Positions 40,401 to 49,894 of a DNA stretch of 64,000 nt are shown here, one piece after another (the first letter of the stretch is position 1; every line of letters begins with the position of its first letter). Location: assembly GCA_903913285.1 (NCBI GenBank), contig CAIWKO010000056.1:28605-92604 (forward strand), written 5' to 3'. The position numbers were made by a program, and so were the translations under genes. The DNA comes from an uncultured Bacteroidales bacterium (lineage in GTDB: Bacteria; Bacteroidota; Bacteroidia; Bacteroidales; CAIWKO01). A model generated the notes under the pieces. That model was given only the letters and a program-made list of their open reading frames with translations. It had not been told where the DNA came from and searched no databases.

Positions 40401-40791
40401 GCGCGGCGGCGTCTTGGGCGCCATGGAAACCGCCTATCAGCGCAGCAAAATCCAGGACGAATCCCTCTACTACGAAACCCTCAAACACACCGGCGAACTC
40501 CCCATCATGGGCGTCAACACCTTTCTCTCGTCCGAAGGCTCGCCCACCATCATTCCCGGCGAAGTCATCCGCTCCACCGAAACCGAAAAACAATACCAGA
40601 TATCCATGCTCGCCCAGCTCCATAAACTTCATCGCGACGACCTCTCCCATGTATTGCAGGATCTCAAACACACCGCCTATCACAACGGCAACATCTTCGA
40701 AAAGATCATGGAAATCTCAAAATTCTGCTCCATCGGCCAAATCACCCAAGCCCTCTACGAAGTCGGCGGACAATACCGCAGAAACATGTAA
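37411..40791 (+). CDS. icmF: Fused isobutyryl-CoA mutase (B12-binding domain, MeaB-like GTPase, mutase barrel)
   Basis: 1126 aa. It has [10 protein letters not shown] (DxHxxG B12 motif), [12 protein letters not shown] (P-loop) and a mutase domain. The mutase domain reads [17 protein letters not shown], the ICM-type sequence rather than the MCM-type KEFMVRN. Confidence 0.9.
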   Translation: MQSTPAYKPKNHIRIVTAASLFDGHDASINVMRRIIQSTGAEVIHLGHNRSVQEIVECAVQEDVQAIAVTSYQGGHIEFFKYMYDQLKEKGFNDIKIFGGGGGVILPEEIAELEAYGITRIYSPDDGRQLGLQGMINDVMEKSDFPRGIDVNGTLAGIGNQDYKSISKMISAVENFPDKIADTLAKIDEKANSSKVPVLGITGTGGSGKSSLVDEFIRRFLHDFPDKKIAIVCVDPSKRKTGGALLGDRIRMNSINSPRVFVRSMATRQSNLALSKYVKETLNILKAADFDLIILETSGIGQSDTEIVDHSNLCLYVMTPEFGAPSQLEKIDMLEYADIIALNKFDKRGGMDALRDVKKQYQRNHQLFDQKHDEMPVYGTIASQFNDAGVNQFYTALIAQINTKLNQNFKSTSALVGEIPDKIYIIPPQRTRYLAEIAETVRHYNQWTDEQALIAQKLFGLHESIELLKKENDTKNAEHIHKLQSAYNELEESLDKHNHAILKNWQHKIKTYKDDFYLFKVRDKELKIKTHTETLSHLQIPKISLPKYTAWGDILKWNLKENVPGEFPYVAGVFPFKREGEDPTRMFAGEGGPERTNKRFHYLSKGLPAKRLSTAFDSVTLYGNDPDLRPDIYGKIGNSGVSVSCLDDAKKLYSGFNLSDPNTSVSMTINGPAPIMVGYFMNAAIDQQCEIYIRENGLEKEVEQKIQEIFRKKGVTRPKYQEELPDGNNGLGLMLLGVTGDQVLPADVYQNIKTCTLASVRGTVQADILKEDQGQNTCIFSTDFSLKLMGDVQEYFINNNVRNFYSVSISGYHIAEAGANPISQLAFTLANGFTYVEYYLSRGMHIDKFAPNLSFFFSNGIDIEFSVIGRVARSIWAKTMKNKYKANFRSQQLKYHIQTSGRSLHAQEIGFNDIRTTLQALYAIYDNCNSLHTNAYDEAITTPTEESVRRAMAIQMIINHELGLAKNQNPNQGSFIIEELTQLVEEAVMAEFERISERGGVLGAMETAYQRSKIQDESLYYETLKHTGELPIMGVNTFLSSEGSPTIIPGEVIRSTETEKQYQISMLAQLHKLHRDDLSHVLQDLKHTAYHNGNIFEKIMEISKFCSIGQITQALYEVGGQYRRNM

Positions 40792-40841
40792 AAGTATTGA
40801 AAGTTGAAACTTCTAACTAATAACTTTAGACACTTTAATTC

Positions 40842-40861
40842 ACCTGTCCGACTGGTCAGGT
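40842..40861. terminator. Possible bidirectional hairpin between the convergent icmF and sufT-like genes
   Basis: ACCTG-T-CC GACT GG-T-CAGGT gives 7 bp with one T:T mismatch and no flanking U-run. It is flanked on both sides by the direct 12-mer TAACTAATAACT. Confidence 0.3.
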
Positions 40862-40897
40862 TGGCTTTAGGCAATTAATGCAACTCGTAACTAATAA

Positions 40898-41209
40898 CTA
40901 AAGCAATCCCAATTCAAGCTTAGCCGCGTCGGTCATCATGTTTTGGTCCCAGGAGGGTTCGAATACCAGATCAACATACACGCTGCTAACTCCCCTGATG
41001 CTTTGCACGGCATCGCGCACTTCAATGGGCAGAGTTTCGGCCACAGGGCAATTGGGAGCGGTGAGTGTCATTTTTATGATAACGCCCATATCGTCGGCTA
41101 TGTTTATCTCGTAAATAAATCCCAGGTCGTAAACGTTCACGGGGATTTCGGGGTCGAAAACCTGTTTTAGTTTTTCGATGATCTGTTGTTCTAATTCAGC
41201 TTTTTCCAT
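40898..41209 (-). CDS. SUF-associated DUF59/SufT-like Fe-S assembly protein
   Basis: MEKAELEQQIIEKLKQVFDPEIPVNVYDLGFIY…TLTAPNCPVAE fits the DUF59 (MIP18/PaaD-like) pattern. I placed the start at ATG 41209, just after the sufE stop. Confidence 0.8.
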   Translation of the reverse strand: MEKAELEQQIIEKLKQVFDPEIPVNVYDLGFIYEINIADDMGVIIKMTLTAPNCPVAETLPIEVRDAVQSIRGVSSVYVDLVFEPSWDQNMMTDAAKLELGLL

Positions 41210-41213
41210 AGCA

Positions 41214-41648
41214 TCATTTGTTGGTTTCGTATTTGGTTTTAAACACCAGCGCATAGAGTTTCATCTGTTTTATCATCGAGTTCAACCCGTTGGAGCGGGT
41301 GGGCGAGAGGTGTTCGCGCAAACCTATCCGGTCGATAAAAGCCATGTCGGCTTCAATAATTTCGCTTGCTGTAAGGCCCGAAAGCGCCCGTATCAATATG
41401 TTCACTATACCTTTGGTGATGATGGCGTCGCTGTCGGCCGAAAAACATACTTTGCCGCCGGTATATTCGGCAAAAAGCCACACCTGGCTCTGACAGCCCG
41501 AAATAAGGTAGGTGTCGGTCTTGTATTTTGCGTCGATAAGGGGCATCGTCTTGCCCATTTCGATGATGAAATTGTATTTATCCATCCAGTCGGTAAAAAG
41601 TCCGAACTCGTTGATGATGGTTAGTGTTCTTTCTGTGTAGGTTTCCAT
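41214..41648 (-). CDS. sufE: Cysteine desulfuration protein SufE
   Basis: 144 aa with the SGCQSQVWL active-site Cys motif. Its start overlaps the sufS stop in a TAATG arrangement. Confidence 0.85.
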   Translation of the reverse strand: METYTERTLTIINEFGLFTDWMDKYNFIIEMGKTMPLIDAKYKTDTYLISGCQSQVWLFAEYTGGKVCFSADSDAIITKGIVNILIRALSGLTASEIIEADMAFIDRIGLREHLSPTRSNGLNSMIKQMKLYALVFKTKYETNK

Positions 41649-42874
41649 TATCCGAACATGGTTTTAACGGTGAGGAGCGCTTTGATGAGCGCATCAATTT
41701 CTTCCCGGGTGTTGTATACTGCCAGCGAAACGCGTATGGTGCCCGGTATCCTGAAAAAATCCATCAGCGGCTGGGTGCAATGATGGCCGGTGCGCACGGC
41801 AATGCCGAGCTTGTCGAGTATAATACCCGCGTCGTAGGGATGTATGTTGCCCAACAGGAACGAGATGACCGAAGTTTTTTGCTGAGCGGTTCCGTATATT
41901 TTCACGCCTTCAATTTCCAGAAGTTTTTGGGTGGCATAGTCCAGCAATTCGTGTTCCCAGGCATTTATTTGGCCGAGGCCGAGTTCGTTCATAAACGCGA
42001 TGGCTTCTTTAAGCGCCAGCGCATCGCCCACGTTGGGAGTTCCGGCTTCGAATTTAAAGGGAAGTTCGTTATAAGTGGTTTTTTCGAAGGTAACGTTTTT
42101 AATCATTTCGCCTCCGCCCTGATAGGGAGGAAGTTCTTCCAGAATTTTTTCCTTGCCATACATCACCCCGATGCCCATGGGCGCATACATTTTGTGAGCC
42201 GAAAAACAATAGAAATCGCAATCCAGTTGCTGCACATCTACTTTAATGTGTGAAACCGCCTGAGCGCCGTCGATCAAAACTGGAATATTATGCCTGTGTG
42301 CAATTTCGATGATGGTTTTGATATCGTTGATGGTTCCGAGCGTGTTGGAAACATGCGTAACGGCCACCAGTTTGCAGTTTGCATCCAGAAGTTTCTCGTA
42401 AGCATCCATCATCAGTGTTCCGCTTTGGTCGATGGGAATCACCTTCAACTGCGCTTCTGTTGCTTCGCAGGCCATTTGCCAGGGAACGATGTTGGAATGG
42501 TGCTCCATAGCCGAAATAACAATACTGTCGCCTTTCGAAAGATATTTTTTTGAGAACGACGAAGCCACCAGATTGATAGATTCGGTGGTGCCCCGTGTAA
42601 AAATTATTTCATGAGCATGCCTGGCGTTTATAAATTGCTGAACGCTTTTGCGGCTCTCTTCAAAAGCGGATGTAGCCTGCTGGCTCAGATAATGAACCCC
42701 GCGGTGAATGTTGCTGTTGATGGTGCAATAATAATTGCTGAGCACGTTGATAACACGCAGGGGCTTTTGGTTGGTGGCGGCATTATCGAAATAAACCAGC
42801 GGCTGATTGTAAACCTGCTGATGCAGTATGGGAAATTGTTCCCTGAGTTTGTTTATGAAATTTTTGTCGAACAT
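41648..42874 (-). CDS. sufS: Cysteine desulfurase, SufS (group II)
   Basis: 408 aa with FSAHKMYAPMGIG (PLP lysine) and RTGHHCTQPLM (group II catalytic Cys loop). Confidence 0.9.
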   Translation of the reverse strand: MFDKNFINKLREQFPILHQQVYNQPLVYFDNAATNQKPLRVINVLSNYYCTINSNIHRGVHYLSQQATSAFEESRKSVQQFINARHAHEIIFTRGTTESINLVASSFSKKYLSKGDSIVISAMEHHSNIVPWQMACEATEAQLKVIPIDQSGTLMMDAYEKLLDANCKLVAVTHVSNTLGTINDIKTIIEIAHRHNIPVLIDGAQAVSHIKVDVQQLDCDFYCFSAHKMYAPMGIGVMYGKEKILEELPPYQGGGEMIKNVTFEKTTYNELPFKFEAGTPNVGDALALKEAIAFMNELGLGQINAWEHELLDYATQKLLEIEGVKIYGTAQQKTSVISFLLGNIHPYDAGIILDKLGIAVRTGHHCTQPLMDFFRIPGTIRVSLAVYNTREEIDALIKALLTVKTMFG

Positions 42875-42875
42875 A

Positions 42876-44285
42876 CTAGGGAATTTTACTCAAGTCGATT
42901 TCGAAGTTGATGCTTTCGTTTTCTTTGCAATGCAGCACGCACTGGTCGCAGATAGAGAGTTCGCCTTTCAGGCGTTTCACCACCATGCCGTCGATACGTT
43001 CGCGCAGCACTTCAATGTTGATCTTGTTCACCACTTCGGCGCCAAAGGCATACATGAGAAGCGTTTTGGCGTTGCGGTCGCAGATGCCCCGCGATTTCAG
43101 ATAGAACAAAGCTTCGGGATCGAGCTGCCCCACGGTGGCGCCGTGGCTGCATTTAACATCGTCGGCATAAATTTCCAGAAAAGGTTTGGTGCTCACGCGG
43201 GCTGTGTCGGTCAGCAAAATATTTTTATTGCTTTGAAAAGCTTCTGTTTTCTGAGCATCTCTGAAAACGTGTATGTGCCCGTTGAACACCGCGCTCGCGT
43301 TATCGTCGATGATACCTTTAAATTGTTCGAAACTCGTCGTATGGGGCGCGATATGATCTACATAAACCTGATTTTCGATATGCTGCTCCTTATCCACCAG
43401 ATATAAACCAAAAACTTTTGCATCGGCTCCGCTTCCGTTCAAACTCACGCGGGTTTCATTTCGTATCAATCCCCCGTTGAACGTAAGTGTGTTGGTATTG
43501 ATCTTGCTGTTTGCTTCCTGATGAAAAAAGGTGTTGGTGATCACCGTCGATTGTTCGTCTTTATTTTGAAGTTTATAAAAATCAAGCACTGCATTTTCGT
43601 CGACGAAGAACTCGGTGATTGAATTGATGAAGCTTGTTTTATGTTTTATCGAATCGTCGCAATGTACCAAAGTTAATCTGGCGTTTTTGCCCAACACGAT
43701 CAAATTGCGCGGCTGCACAAATATATTTTCATCGATGTTGATGATATTCACCATCTGTATGGGCTTCTCGACCGTGACGTTGTCGGGCACATAAATAAAA
43801 ATGCCATCCTGAGCAAAGGCAGTGTTTAAAGCGATGAACCCGTTGTTATGCGTATCGGCATATTTGCCGTAATGTTTTAAAACAAGATCGGGATGAGTTT
43901 TAAACACTTCGGCAAGGCTTCCCACGATAACTCCGTTGGGTAATTCGGTAACAGGAGCATGTTTGTAGAGATACCATCCGTTGAGCTGTGTGAACAGATA
44001 GGTTTCGAAATTGTGTATCTCGCAGCGGAAGATCTTATCAATATCAACATGTTCTTCGAAAGCCGAGAAATAAAAATTATATTCGTTCGAAAGTGCATCG
44101 GCCAGATTGGTGCTGCGCCACTCTTCAATGTTTTGTGTGGGATAGCCTGTTTCAGCAAATGATCTGATGGCACTGTCGCGAAGTTCGGTCAGATGCGGCG
44201 TATCGTTCCTGCAAATTTCAGCACGGTTCTCTTCGAACAAGCTGATAATTTTTTCTTTCTCAGGAACAATTGTGATAGTCTTCAT
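42876..44285 (-). CDS. sufD: Fe-S cluster assembly protein SufD
   Basis: 469 aa. KPFLEIYADDVKCSHGATVGQLD is SufD-type rather than SufB-type. There is an extra C-terminal Cys-containing tail, ELSICDQCVLHC. Confidence 0.85.
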   Translation of the reverse strand: MKTITIVPEKEKIISLFEENRAEICRNDTPHLTELRDSAIRSFAETGYPTQNIEEWRSTNLADALSNEYNFYFSAFEEHVDIDKIFRCEIHNFETYLFTQLNGWYLYKHAPVTELPNGVIVGSLAEVFKTHPDLVLKHYGKYADTHNNGFIALNTAFAQDGIFIYVPDNVTVEKPIQMVNIINIDENIFVQPRNLIVLGKNARLTLVHCDDSIKHKTSFINSITEFFVDENAVLDFYKLQNKDEQSTVITNTFFHQEANSKINTNTLTFNGGLIRNETRVSLNGSGADAKVFGLYLVDKEQHIENQVYVDHIAPHTTSFEQFKGIIDDNASAVFNGHIHVFRDAQKTEAFQSNKNILLTDTARVSTKPFLEIYADDVKCSHGATVGQLDPEALFYLKSRGICDRNAKTLLMYAFGAEVVNKINIEVLRERIDGMVVKRLKGELSICDQCVLHCKENESINFEIDLSKIP

Positions 44286-44291
44286 ACACTT

Positions 44292-45050
44292 CTAGTTTTC
44301 GAGTTCTTGTTTTATCCAATCGTATCCCCTTGATTCGAGTTCAATAGCCAGTTCTTTACCCCCCGATTTCACAATGCGCCCTTCGAACAACACATGCACA
44401 AAATCGGGAACGATATAATCGAGCAAACGCTGATAGTGAGTAATCACCATGAATGCATTGTCGGGCCGGCGAAGTTTATTAACTCCATTGGCAACAATTT
44501 TCAATGCATCAATATCCAGCCCGGAATCGGTTTCGTCGAGTATGGCAAGAGTTGGCTCAAGCATGGCCATCTGAAATATTTCGTTGCGCTTTTTTTCGCC
44601 ACCTGAAAAGCCTTCGTTCACCGAACGATTGGTAAGGTTGGAATGAATTTCAACCATTTTCATTTTTTCGTCCATAAGTTTTAGGAACTCAACCGCTGAT
44701 AGTGAGGGCAAACCTTTATATTTGCGGTGTTCGTCAACGGCAGTCTTCATAAAGTTCGTCATGCTTACTCCCGGTATTTCAACAGGATATTGAAACCCTA
44801 AAAAGATACCTTCGCGCGAACGATCTTCGGCGGGCATACTCAACAGGTCTTTTCCTTTATAGGTAACAGAACCGTCTGTAACGGTGAAAACATCGCGGCC
44901 GGCTATCACGGAAGCCAGAGTGCTTTTCCCGGTTCCGTTTGGTCCCATAATAGCATGTATCTCGCCCGGATTTACGATTAAATCAAGCCCCTTGATAATT
45001 TTTTTATTGTTGATGGATACTTTTAGATCTTTGATCTCGAGAAGTGGCAT
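44292..45050 (-). CDS. sufC: Fe-S cluster assembly ATPase SufC
   Basis: 252 aa with GPNGTGKST (Walker A), FSGGEKKRNE (ABC signature) and LAILDETDSGLD (Walker B). Confidence 0.95.
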   Translation of the reverse strand: MPLLEIKDLKVSINNKKIIKGLDLIVNPGEIHAIMGPNGTGKSTLASVIAGRDVFTVTDGSVTYKGKDLLSMPAEDRSREGIFLGFQYPVEIPGVSMTNFMKTAVDEHRKYKGLPSLSAVEFLKLMDEKMKMVEIHSNLTNRSVNEGFSGGEKKRNEIFQMAMLEPTLAILDETDSGLDIDALKIVANGVNKLRRPDNAFMVITHYQRLLDYIVPDFVHVLFEGRIVKSGGKELAIELESRGYDWIKQELEN

Positions 45051-45085
45051 AATCTATTTTTTTGGATGTTGAACTTTACGTGTCG

Positions 45086-45093
45086 CAAATGTA
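45086..45093 (-). promoter_or_regulatory. Candidate -7 box TACATTTG (minus strand) upstream of sufC
   Basis: Exact TAnnTTTG match 36 nt upstream of ATG 45050. A second match (TAATTTTG) lies at 45113-45120. Confidence 0.3.
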
Positions 45094-45171
45094 TTATTTA
45101 TCATTTCAACCACAAAATTACAAAAATAATTAGTAGCTTATTTAAACTAAATAAAAATAAAAAAATATCGT

Positions 45172-45202
45172 AAAAAAAACCGCCGAGTGATCAGCGGTTT
45201 TT
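45172..45202 (-). terminator. Rho-independent terminator after the DUF349 gene
   Basis: The stem is AAAACCGC/GCGGTTTT (45176-45183 / 45194-45201) with a 10-nt loop. On the minus strand a run of T follows it. It starts about 10 nt after the stop at 45212. Confidence 0.65.
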
Positions 45203-45211
45203 CATGTTGTT

Positions 45212-47383
45212 TTATTGCCTAACAAGCAATTTTAGCTTTGCTTCGAGCAGGGCTAATTCCTGCTTGGTATCATTGATCTTTTTCTCGAATTCTTCTTTCA
45301 GAAGGCTGGCTTTTTTGGAAGAAGCCAAAAATCCGATATTGTTTTCCCACAATTTGATATCATTGCGCAGCATCATGATACGGCCTTCGATCTGTGATCG
45401 TTCTTTCGACAAAAATCTTCCTGCATCGGGCGAGTTTTGAATGCTTTCGATACGGTTCTTATAATTCATGGTGCTGATCTCGGTAGACGATATTTTGAGT
45501 TTGTCCATCAGATCGTTGATCGCTTTGCGGTAGGTATTTTGAAGTTTATCTTTGGCATCCATAGGCACATGCCCGATCTCCATCCATTCGCGCTGAAAAC
45601 CTTTCAACGAATTCAGGTTGTCGCTTTTGTTTTCACTTACCTCGTATGAGTTGATTCGTTCGATCAGTTCTTCTTTCTTTTTGGCGTTTTCCTGTTCTAT
45701 TCCCTGTATGTTTGAAAAATAAGAAGATTTGTTTTTAAAGAACACATCGCAGGCAGTTCTGAAACGTCTCCATACTTTATCCGAATAGCGTTTCGGAACA
45801 GGGCCTATATTCTTCCAGTCTTGCTGCATTTTCAGGATGTCGGCAGTGGATTGTCTCCAATTAGTGCTGTTAGCCAAGCCTTCGACCTGTACACAGATAT
45901 CAATTTTTAGGTTATAGTTATTGGTTTGCTGATCTTTTAACTCTCCGAAAAACTCTTTTTTAGTATTGTAAAAAGCATTAACAGCCGACCTGAACCGATC
46001 CCATATCTCATCATTGAATTTAATGGGAGCGCGGCCGATAGTATCCCAAAGTTTCTGCATTTCCAAAACCTGATCGGTTTTTTCTTTCCAGTCGTTTGAA
46101 TTAATGATCTCAACCGAATTCAGTTCTTCCATTTTTTCGCATAAGGCTGTTTTGGCCAAAAGATTATTTTCCTGTTCACCGGTCAGATTTTCGTAATAAT
46201 CTTTTCGTTGTGAATTGATCTTATCCGAAACGTTCTTAAAACGTTCCCATATTTCATCTTTTTTATCCAGTATAACCGGGCCGATCTCTTTCCACTCGTC
46301 GTGATATTTCTGAAGCAGTTTGAACGATTTGGTTATAGATTTTTCTAAAAGCAGTTCTTCGGCTTTTTCGCACAGTTGAACTTTAAGCTCCAGATTCTTT
46401 TTCAGATCGAGGTCTTTAAGTTCTTTATTGATCTTTACTTTTTTGAAAAATTCTTCTACCAGAAAATGGTAATTGTTCCACAAGCCTTCTATTTCATTGC
46501 GTGGTACCATTCCTACCTGTTTCCATTTTTCCTGAAGGAGTTTGAAATCGTCGTATGTTTTTTTCAACGACTCTTCCGAACTGACCAGTACTTTTATTTC
46601 ATTGAGGATTTCTTTTTTTAAGTTGAGGTTTTGAACTTTTATTTTTTCCTGTTCGTGATCATCTCTGATCTTTTTTTCTTTGTATATATCGAAAGCATTC
46701 TTAAAGCGTTCCTCCAGCGGGTCTATTATCTGTACATATTCTTCTTTGGTTCCGCCTTCGGCCAGATATTTGTCAAGATGCTTTTGTTTTTCATCTTTAA
46801 TGATTGCAAGGTATGCTACTTTAATACCCGAAACCTGAAATTTTATCTTACTGATCTGATCTGATTTGACGATCTCTTCGAGCTTTTCTATCAGTTCTTC
46901 TTTCATCAGAACCGAAAAATCGATCTCATGTTCAATTTCCGCTTCATGTTCGTCTTCTTCATGAATAAAATCAGCGGTAGTAAGTACTTCATCATCTTTT
47001 TTATCAGCAGAAACTTTTTTTACTGTTCTCTTGCGTTTCAGAGGTTCCGCTTTGGCTTCAACGGCTGTTTCGTTCTCAGTTTCAGGAACAGCTATTGTTT
47101 CTGATGATTCTGATTCAATACCTGTGCTTGGTTCTTCTGCCGGAATATCTTCAGATACAGGCTCGGTTTCATTGAGTTTAACATCGTCTTTTTCTGTATG
47201 TTCCGCATCCGTTGTCGCTATTTCTTCTGCAACAGGGCTTTCTTCAGGAGATTTAGTTTCAGGGATATCAACTGCGACAACATCGTTTTCAGGTTCAATT
47301 GCTGCTGTTTCTTCAGTTACAGAATTCTCATCCTTTATTTTTTCTTCATTTTCTAAAGGATTCTGATTGAGTAGATCGTTCAT
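45212..47383 (-). CDS. DUF349 domain-containing protein with an acidic N-terminal low-complexity region
   Basis: 723 aa. It has repeated about 75-aa helical units containing EIWERFKNVSDKI, EIWDRFRSAVNAFY and KVWRRFRTACDVFF (the DUF349 W..F pattern). Confidence 0.85.
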   Translation of the reverse strand: MNDLLNQNPLENEEKIKDENSVTEETAAIEPENDVVAVDIPETKSPEESPVAEEIATTDAEHTEKDDVKLNETEPVSEDIPAEEPSTGIESESSETIAVPETENETAVEAKAEPLKRKRTVKKVSADKKDDEVLTTADFIHEEDEHEAEIEHEIDFSVLMKEELIEKLEEIVKSDQISKIKFQVSGIKVAYLAIIKDEKQKHLDKYLAEGGTKEEYVQIIDPLEERFKNAFDIYKEKKIRDDHEQEKIKVQNLNLKKEILNEIKVLVSSEESLKKTYDDFKLLQEKWKQVGMVPRNEIEGLWNNYHFLVEEFFKKVKINKELKDLDLKKNLELKVQLCEKAEELLLEKSITKSFKLLQKYHDEWKEIGPVILDKKDEIWERFKNVSDKINSQRKDYYENLTGEQENNLLAKTALCEKMEELNSVEIINSNDWKEKTDQVLEMQKLWDTIGRAPIKFNDEIWDRFRSAVNAFYNTKKEFFGELKDQQTNNYNLKIDICVQVEGLANSTNWRQSTADILKMQQDWKNIGPVPKRYSDKVWRRFRTACDVFFKNKSSYFSNIQGIEQENAKKKEELIERINSYEVSENKSDNLNSLKGFQREWMEIGHVPMDAKDKLQNTYRKAINDLMDKLKISSTEISTMNYKNRIESIQNSPDAGRFLSKERSQIEGRIMMLRNDIKLWENNIGFLASSKKASLLKEEFEKKINDTKQELALLEAKLKLLVRQ

Positions 47384-47548
47384 AAAAATTATAATTAATT
47401 GACAATACCAAGACTTTTAAAGGAATCGGTAAAGAAGGTTACAAAAAATAAGTCTGCAAAAATAAAAATATTTTGCCACGATATTACACTTTCTGAAAAA
47501 ACCTGCTTTTAATAAGTGAAATTAAAGAATTGCTTCATACCGAATAAT

Positions 47549-49840
47549 TTAATCCATTGCTCTTTTATTAAAGATCAGATATCCGATATTGAACATAACT
47601 GAAAAAGGATTTTCCTTGCCCTGATAATAGCTTAAACTTATACTGATAGGGCAAATCGGGCTGTTATATACCAGTGCAGCATATCCCAGTATCGACCGTT
47701 CTTCAAAAGGTTTTCCATAAAATCCTTTGAGGTTTGGGTCGCTTAATATTTCCTGATACGGTTGAAATAAATATCCTTCTAAACGGAAATGGATTTTTTT
47801 ATAGATGTTGATGATATTTTTTATACCGACAACAGCATACGTATTGGCTCTGTAATTGGGTAGAAAAAATGCCTTGCTTTCGGGAGTAGGCTGAAATGCC
47901 GGTGCAGAAAGCAAGCTGGAAGTATAATTGTTGAATAGGGGTTTATTTGAGATCATTGCCTCTGCATAGATCCCCAATGAGTAGATCTTTTTAATTTTGA
48001 AGTAGCGGTCATACTGAATTTTGATTTGTGCCCAGTTGTGCGATTTTATGTATTTATCTTTCAGGATGGAAGTGGAGCCGGGTACGTTTTCCTCTTCACC
48101 ATATACATACCTGACATCGAACAGCAATGAAGTGCCGGCAGTAGCGTATTGTTTCTGATTTAGCGAATATCTGCTATACTGCGAATGTATCGTCATCAGA
48201 TTGAATGACGTCTGGTCGGCTGTATCTGTTTTTGAGAAGTTGTTCGTCTGATAATACTGCTCACGTGTGCGTGCTATAGCAGGACCAATAATGAATTTGC
48301 CTTTGTTATAGGCAGGGAATCCGAATTCGCCAATAAAATTAATCTCATTTTCCAAAAGATAGGAGGGTAGTTTATCTTCAAAAAAACGTATCGTGGTTTT
48401 AAAATAATCCCATTGGTTATAGCCTACCGATGTCTCTAAATAAAAAGGTTTTCGTGACGGAAAATCAAAACGTGCTTTGCCTTGAGCTGCACTGTAGAAT
48501 TTTCCGATCGAGAAATTCACACCTAATTTAATTCCCATCAACCCCAGATATTTATATTGCAAACCGATGTATGCTCCGTTTACATTGCCCGACGAGATCA
48601 ATCCTCCGAATTGAGTGACGAAATTTTTATCCCTTTTAACATTGATATTTAACGTGAATAGGCCCGTATTCTTGTTATATATAGCCTTGGGATATATTGA
48701 TTCGATTTTATCATCCGCTAACAGTTTAAAATACTCTTGCTTCAGTTGTTCAATATCAAAGGTCGAATCGCGGTGCATGATCGATTTACGGATATACACT
48801 GCCTGAGATTGATTAACACCCTCAATATTTATAGAATCGAACAACAATGGTGGTTTGGATGACACAAATTTATGCCGTTGCACTCTGCGCTTTTCGGCAC
48901 AAACAGAATCATGAACAAATAACCGTATTTCAGGCATTTTTTTTATTGTGGCTGAATATCCCGAATCTATAAGTTCTTTGGCTTTTTCAAATTCAAATTC
49001 CGTCACTCTTGGCAGAGTTGGTGTTATCATAACACTATTATCGCAGATAACGCTGTAGTTGGTGTTCGACATCAACATACTTTCTATCTGCGACCTGATG
49101 TCGTTTTCATCGGGGGTCCCTGAATTGGAAGACACATTACAACCGATTATGATATCGGGATTAAAATCCTGTATGGCGATATCCGACGGGAAATTATTAT
49201 ACATACCTCCGTCGAAAAGCAAACGGTTATCAATTTTTATAGGTCTGAAATAGAACGGATAGGTCATGGATGCTCTCACGGCTTCAGGTAAATAGCCATG
49301 CGAGAATGTAATGGCTTTTTTTGCTGCTATATCCGAAGCAACACAGCGAAAAGGAATATACAGACTGTCGAAATTATTATTGGCTGCAACCCCTGCCGAT
49401 GCCAGAAAATACATAAAACCAAAATCGATCTGATACGGTGAAATGATATTCGTAGGCAGTTTATAACTTAAAGTAGAATCGTAATTGAATTTTAAATTAA
49501 ACCATGAAGCATCAGGATTATCTTTTTTGAAGTAATATACGTATTTGTCATCGATCTTGCCGTTGGCCCAGCTCAAAAATTCTTTCGAAGTAATTATTTT
49601 TTCAATTTCGTCGGGCGAATAACCCGCGGCATACATACTTCCGACAATAGCTCCCATCGATGTGCCGGCAATATAATCAATAGGGATGCAGTTTTCTTCG
49701 AGCGCTTTCAGCATGCCTACATGCGCTGAGCCTTTAGCGCCGCCACCACTCAAAACAACTGCTACTTTTTGCGCTTCAACAGTTTGAACTGCATAAATGC
49801 AAAAAGCACAAAGGATGCATATTTTAAAAAAGCGATACAT
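47549..49840 (-). CDS. Patatin-like phospholipase with a C-terminal beta-barrel (Omp85/surface-antigen-like) region
   Basis: 763 aa with a signal peptide, SGGGAKGSAHVG (oxyanion), the GTSMG nucleophile and FDGGMYNNFP (Asp of the dyad). The C-terminal half is aromatic-rich with a beta-strand pattern. Confidence 0.85.
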   Translation of the reverse strand: MYRFFKICILCAFCIYAVQTVEAQKVAVVLSGGGAKGSAHVGMLKALEENCIPIDYIAGTSMGAIVGSMYAAGYSPDEIEKIITSKEFLSWANGKIDDKYVYYFKKDNPDASWFNLKFNYDSTLSYKLPTNIISPYQIDFGFMYFLASAGVAANNNFDSLYIPFRCVASDIAAKKAITFSHGYLPEAVRASMTYPFYFRPIKIDNRLLFDGGMYNNFPSDIAIQDFNPDIIIGCNVSSNSGTPDENDIRSQIESMLMSNTNYSVICDNSVMITPTLPRVTEFEFEKAKELIDSGYSATIKKMPEIRLFVHDSVCAEKRRVQRHKFVSSKPPLLFDSINIEGVNQSQAVYIRKSIMHRDSTFDIEQLKQEYFKLLADDKIESIYPKAIYNKNTGLFTLNINVKRDKNFVTQFGGLISSGNVNGAYIGLQYKYLGLMGIKLGVNFSIGKFYSAAQGKARFDFPSRKPFYLETSVGYNQWDYFKTTIRFFEDKLPSYLLENEINFIGEFGFPAYNKGKFIIGPAIARTREQYYQTNNFSKTDTADQTSFNLMTIHSQYSRYSLNQKQYATAGTSLLFDVRYVYGEEENVPGSTSILKDKYIKSHNWAQIKIQYDRYFKIKKIYSLGIYAEAMISNKPLFNNYTSSLLSAPAFQPTPESKAFFLPNYRANTYAVVGIKNIINIYKKIHFRLEGYLFQPYQEILSDPNLKGFYGKPFEERSILGYAALVYNSPICPISISLSYYQGKENPFSVMFNIGYLIFNKRAMD

Positions 49841-49894
49841 GACAGTTCAATACGACGTAAAATTACGCAGAAAAACTGATAGTATTCAGATATT

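Noticed and set aside
38641-40683. Long antisense and off-frame ORFs inside icmF (364 aa and 310 aa on the minus strand, 332 aa and 198 aa on the plus strand)
   Set aside because: Their translations are Gly/Val/Ala/Phe-rich or Arg/Pro/His-rich low-information sequence. That is typical of shadow frames of a gene with strong NNC codon preference. The icmF frame has clear family motifs throughout.
37411-40791. icmF looks more GC-rich and C-skewed than its neighbours, suggesting horizontal transfer
   Set aside because: The same C-ending codon bias on the sense strand is visible by eye in pyrG, the suf genes and the T9SS cargo gene, whichever strand they lie on. It looks like a genome-intrinsic, expression-linked codon bias rather than foreign DNA. 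I did not compute this.
40842-40870. SRP (4.5S) RNA-like CTGGTCAGGT segment
   Set aside because: It lacks the conserved GGAA/GNAR loop region and the symmetric domain IV helix. It is better explained as a short intergenic hairpin.
40955-40967. tRNA T-arm-like GGGTTCGAATACC
   Set aside because: It lies inside the well-supported SufT-like CDS and has no acceptor, D-arm or anticodon-arm context. I saw no tRNA elsewhere in the window.
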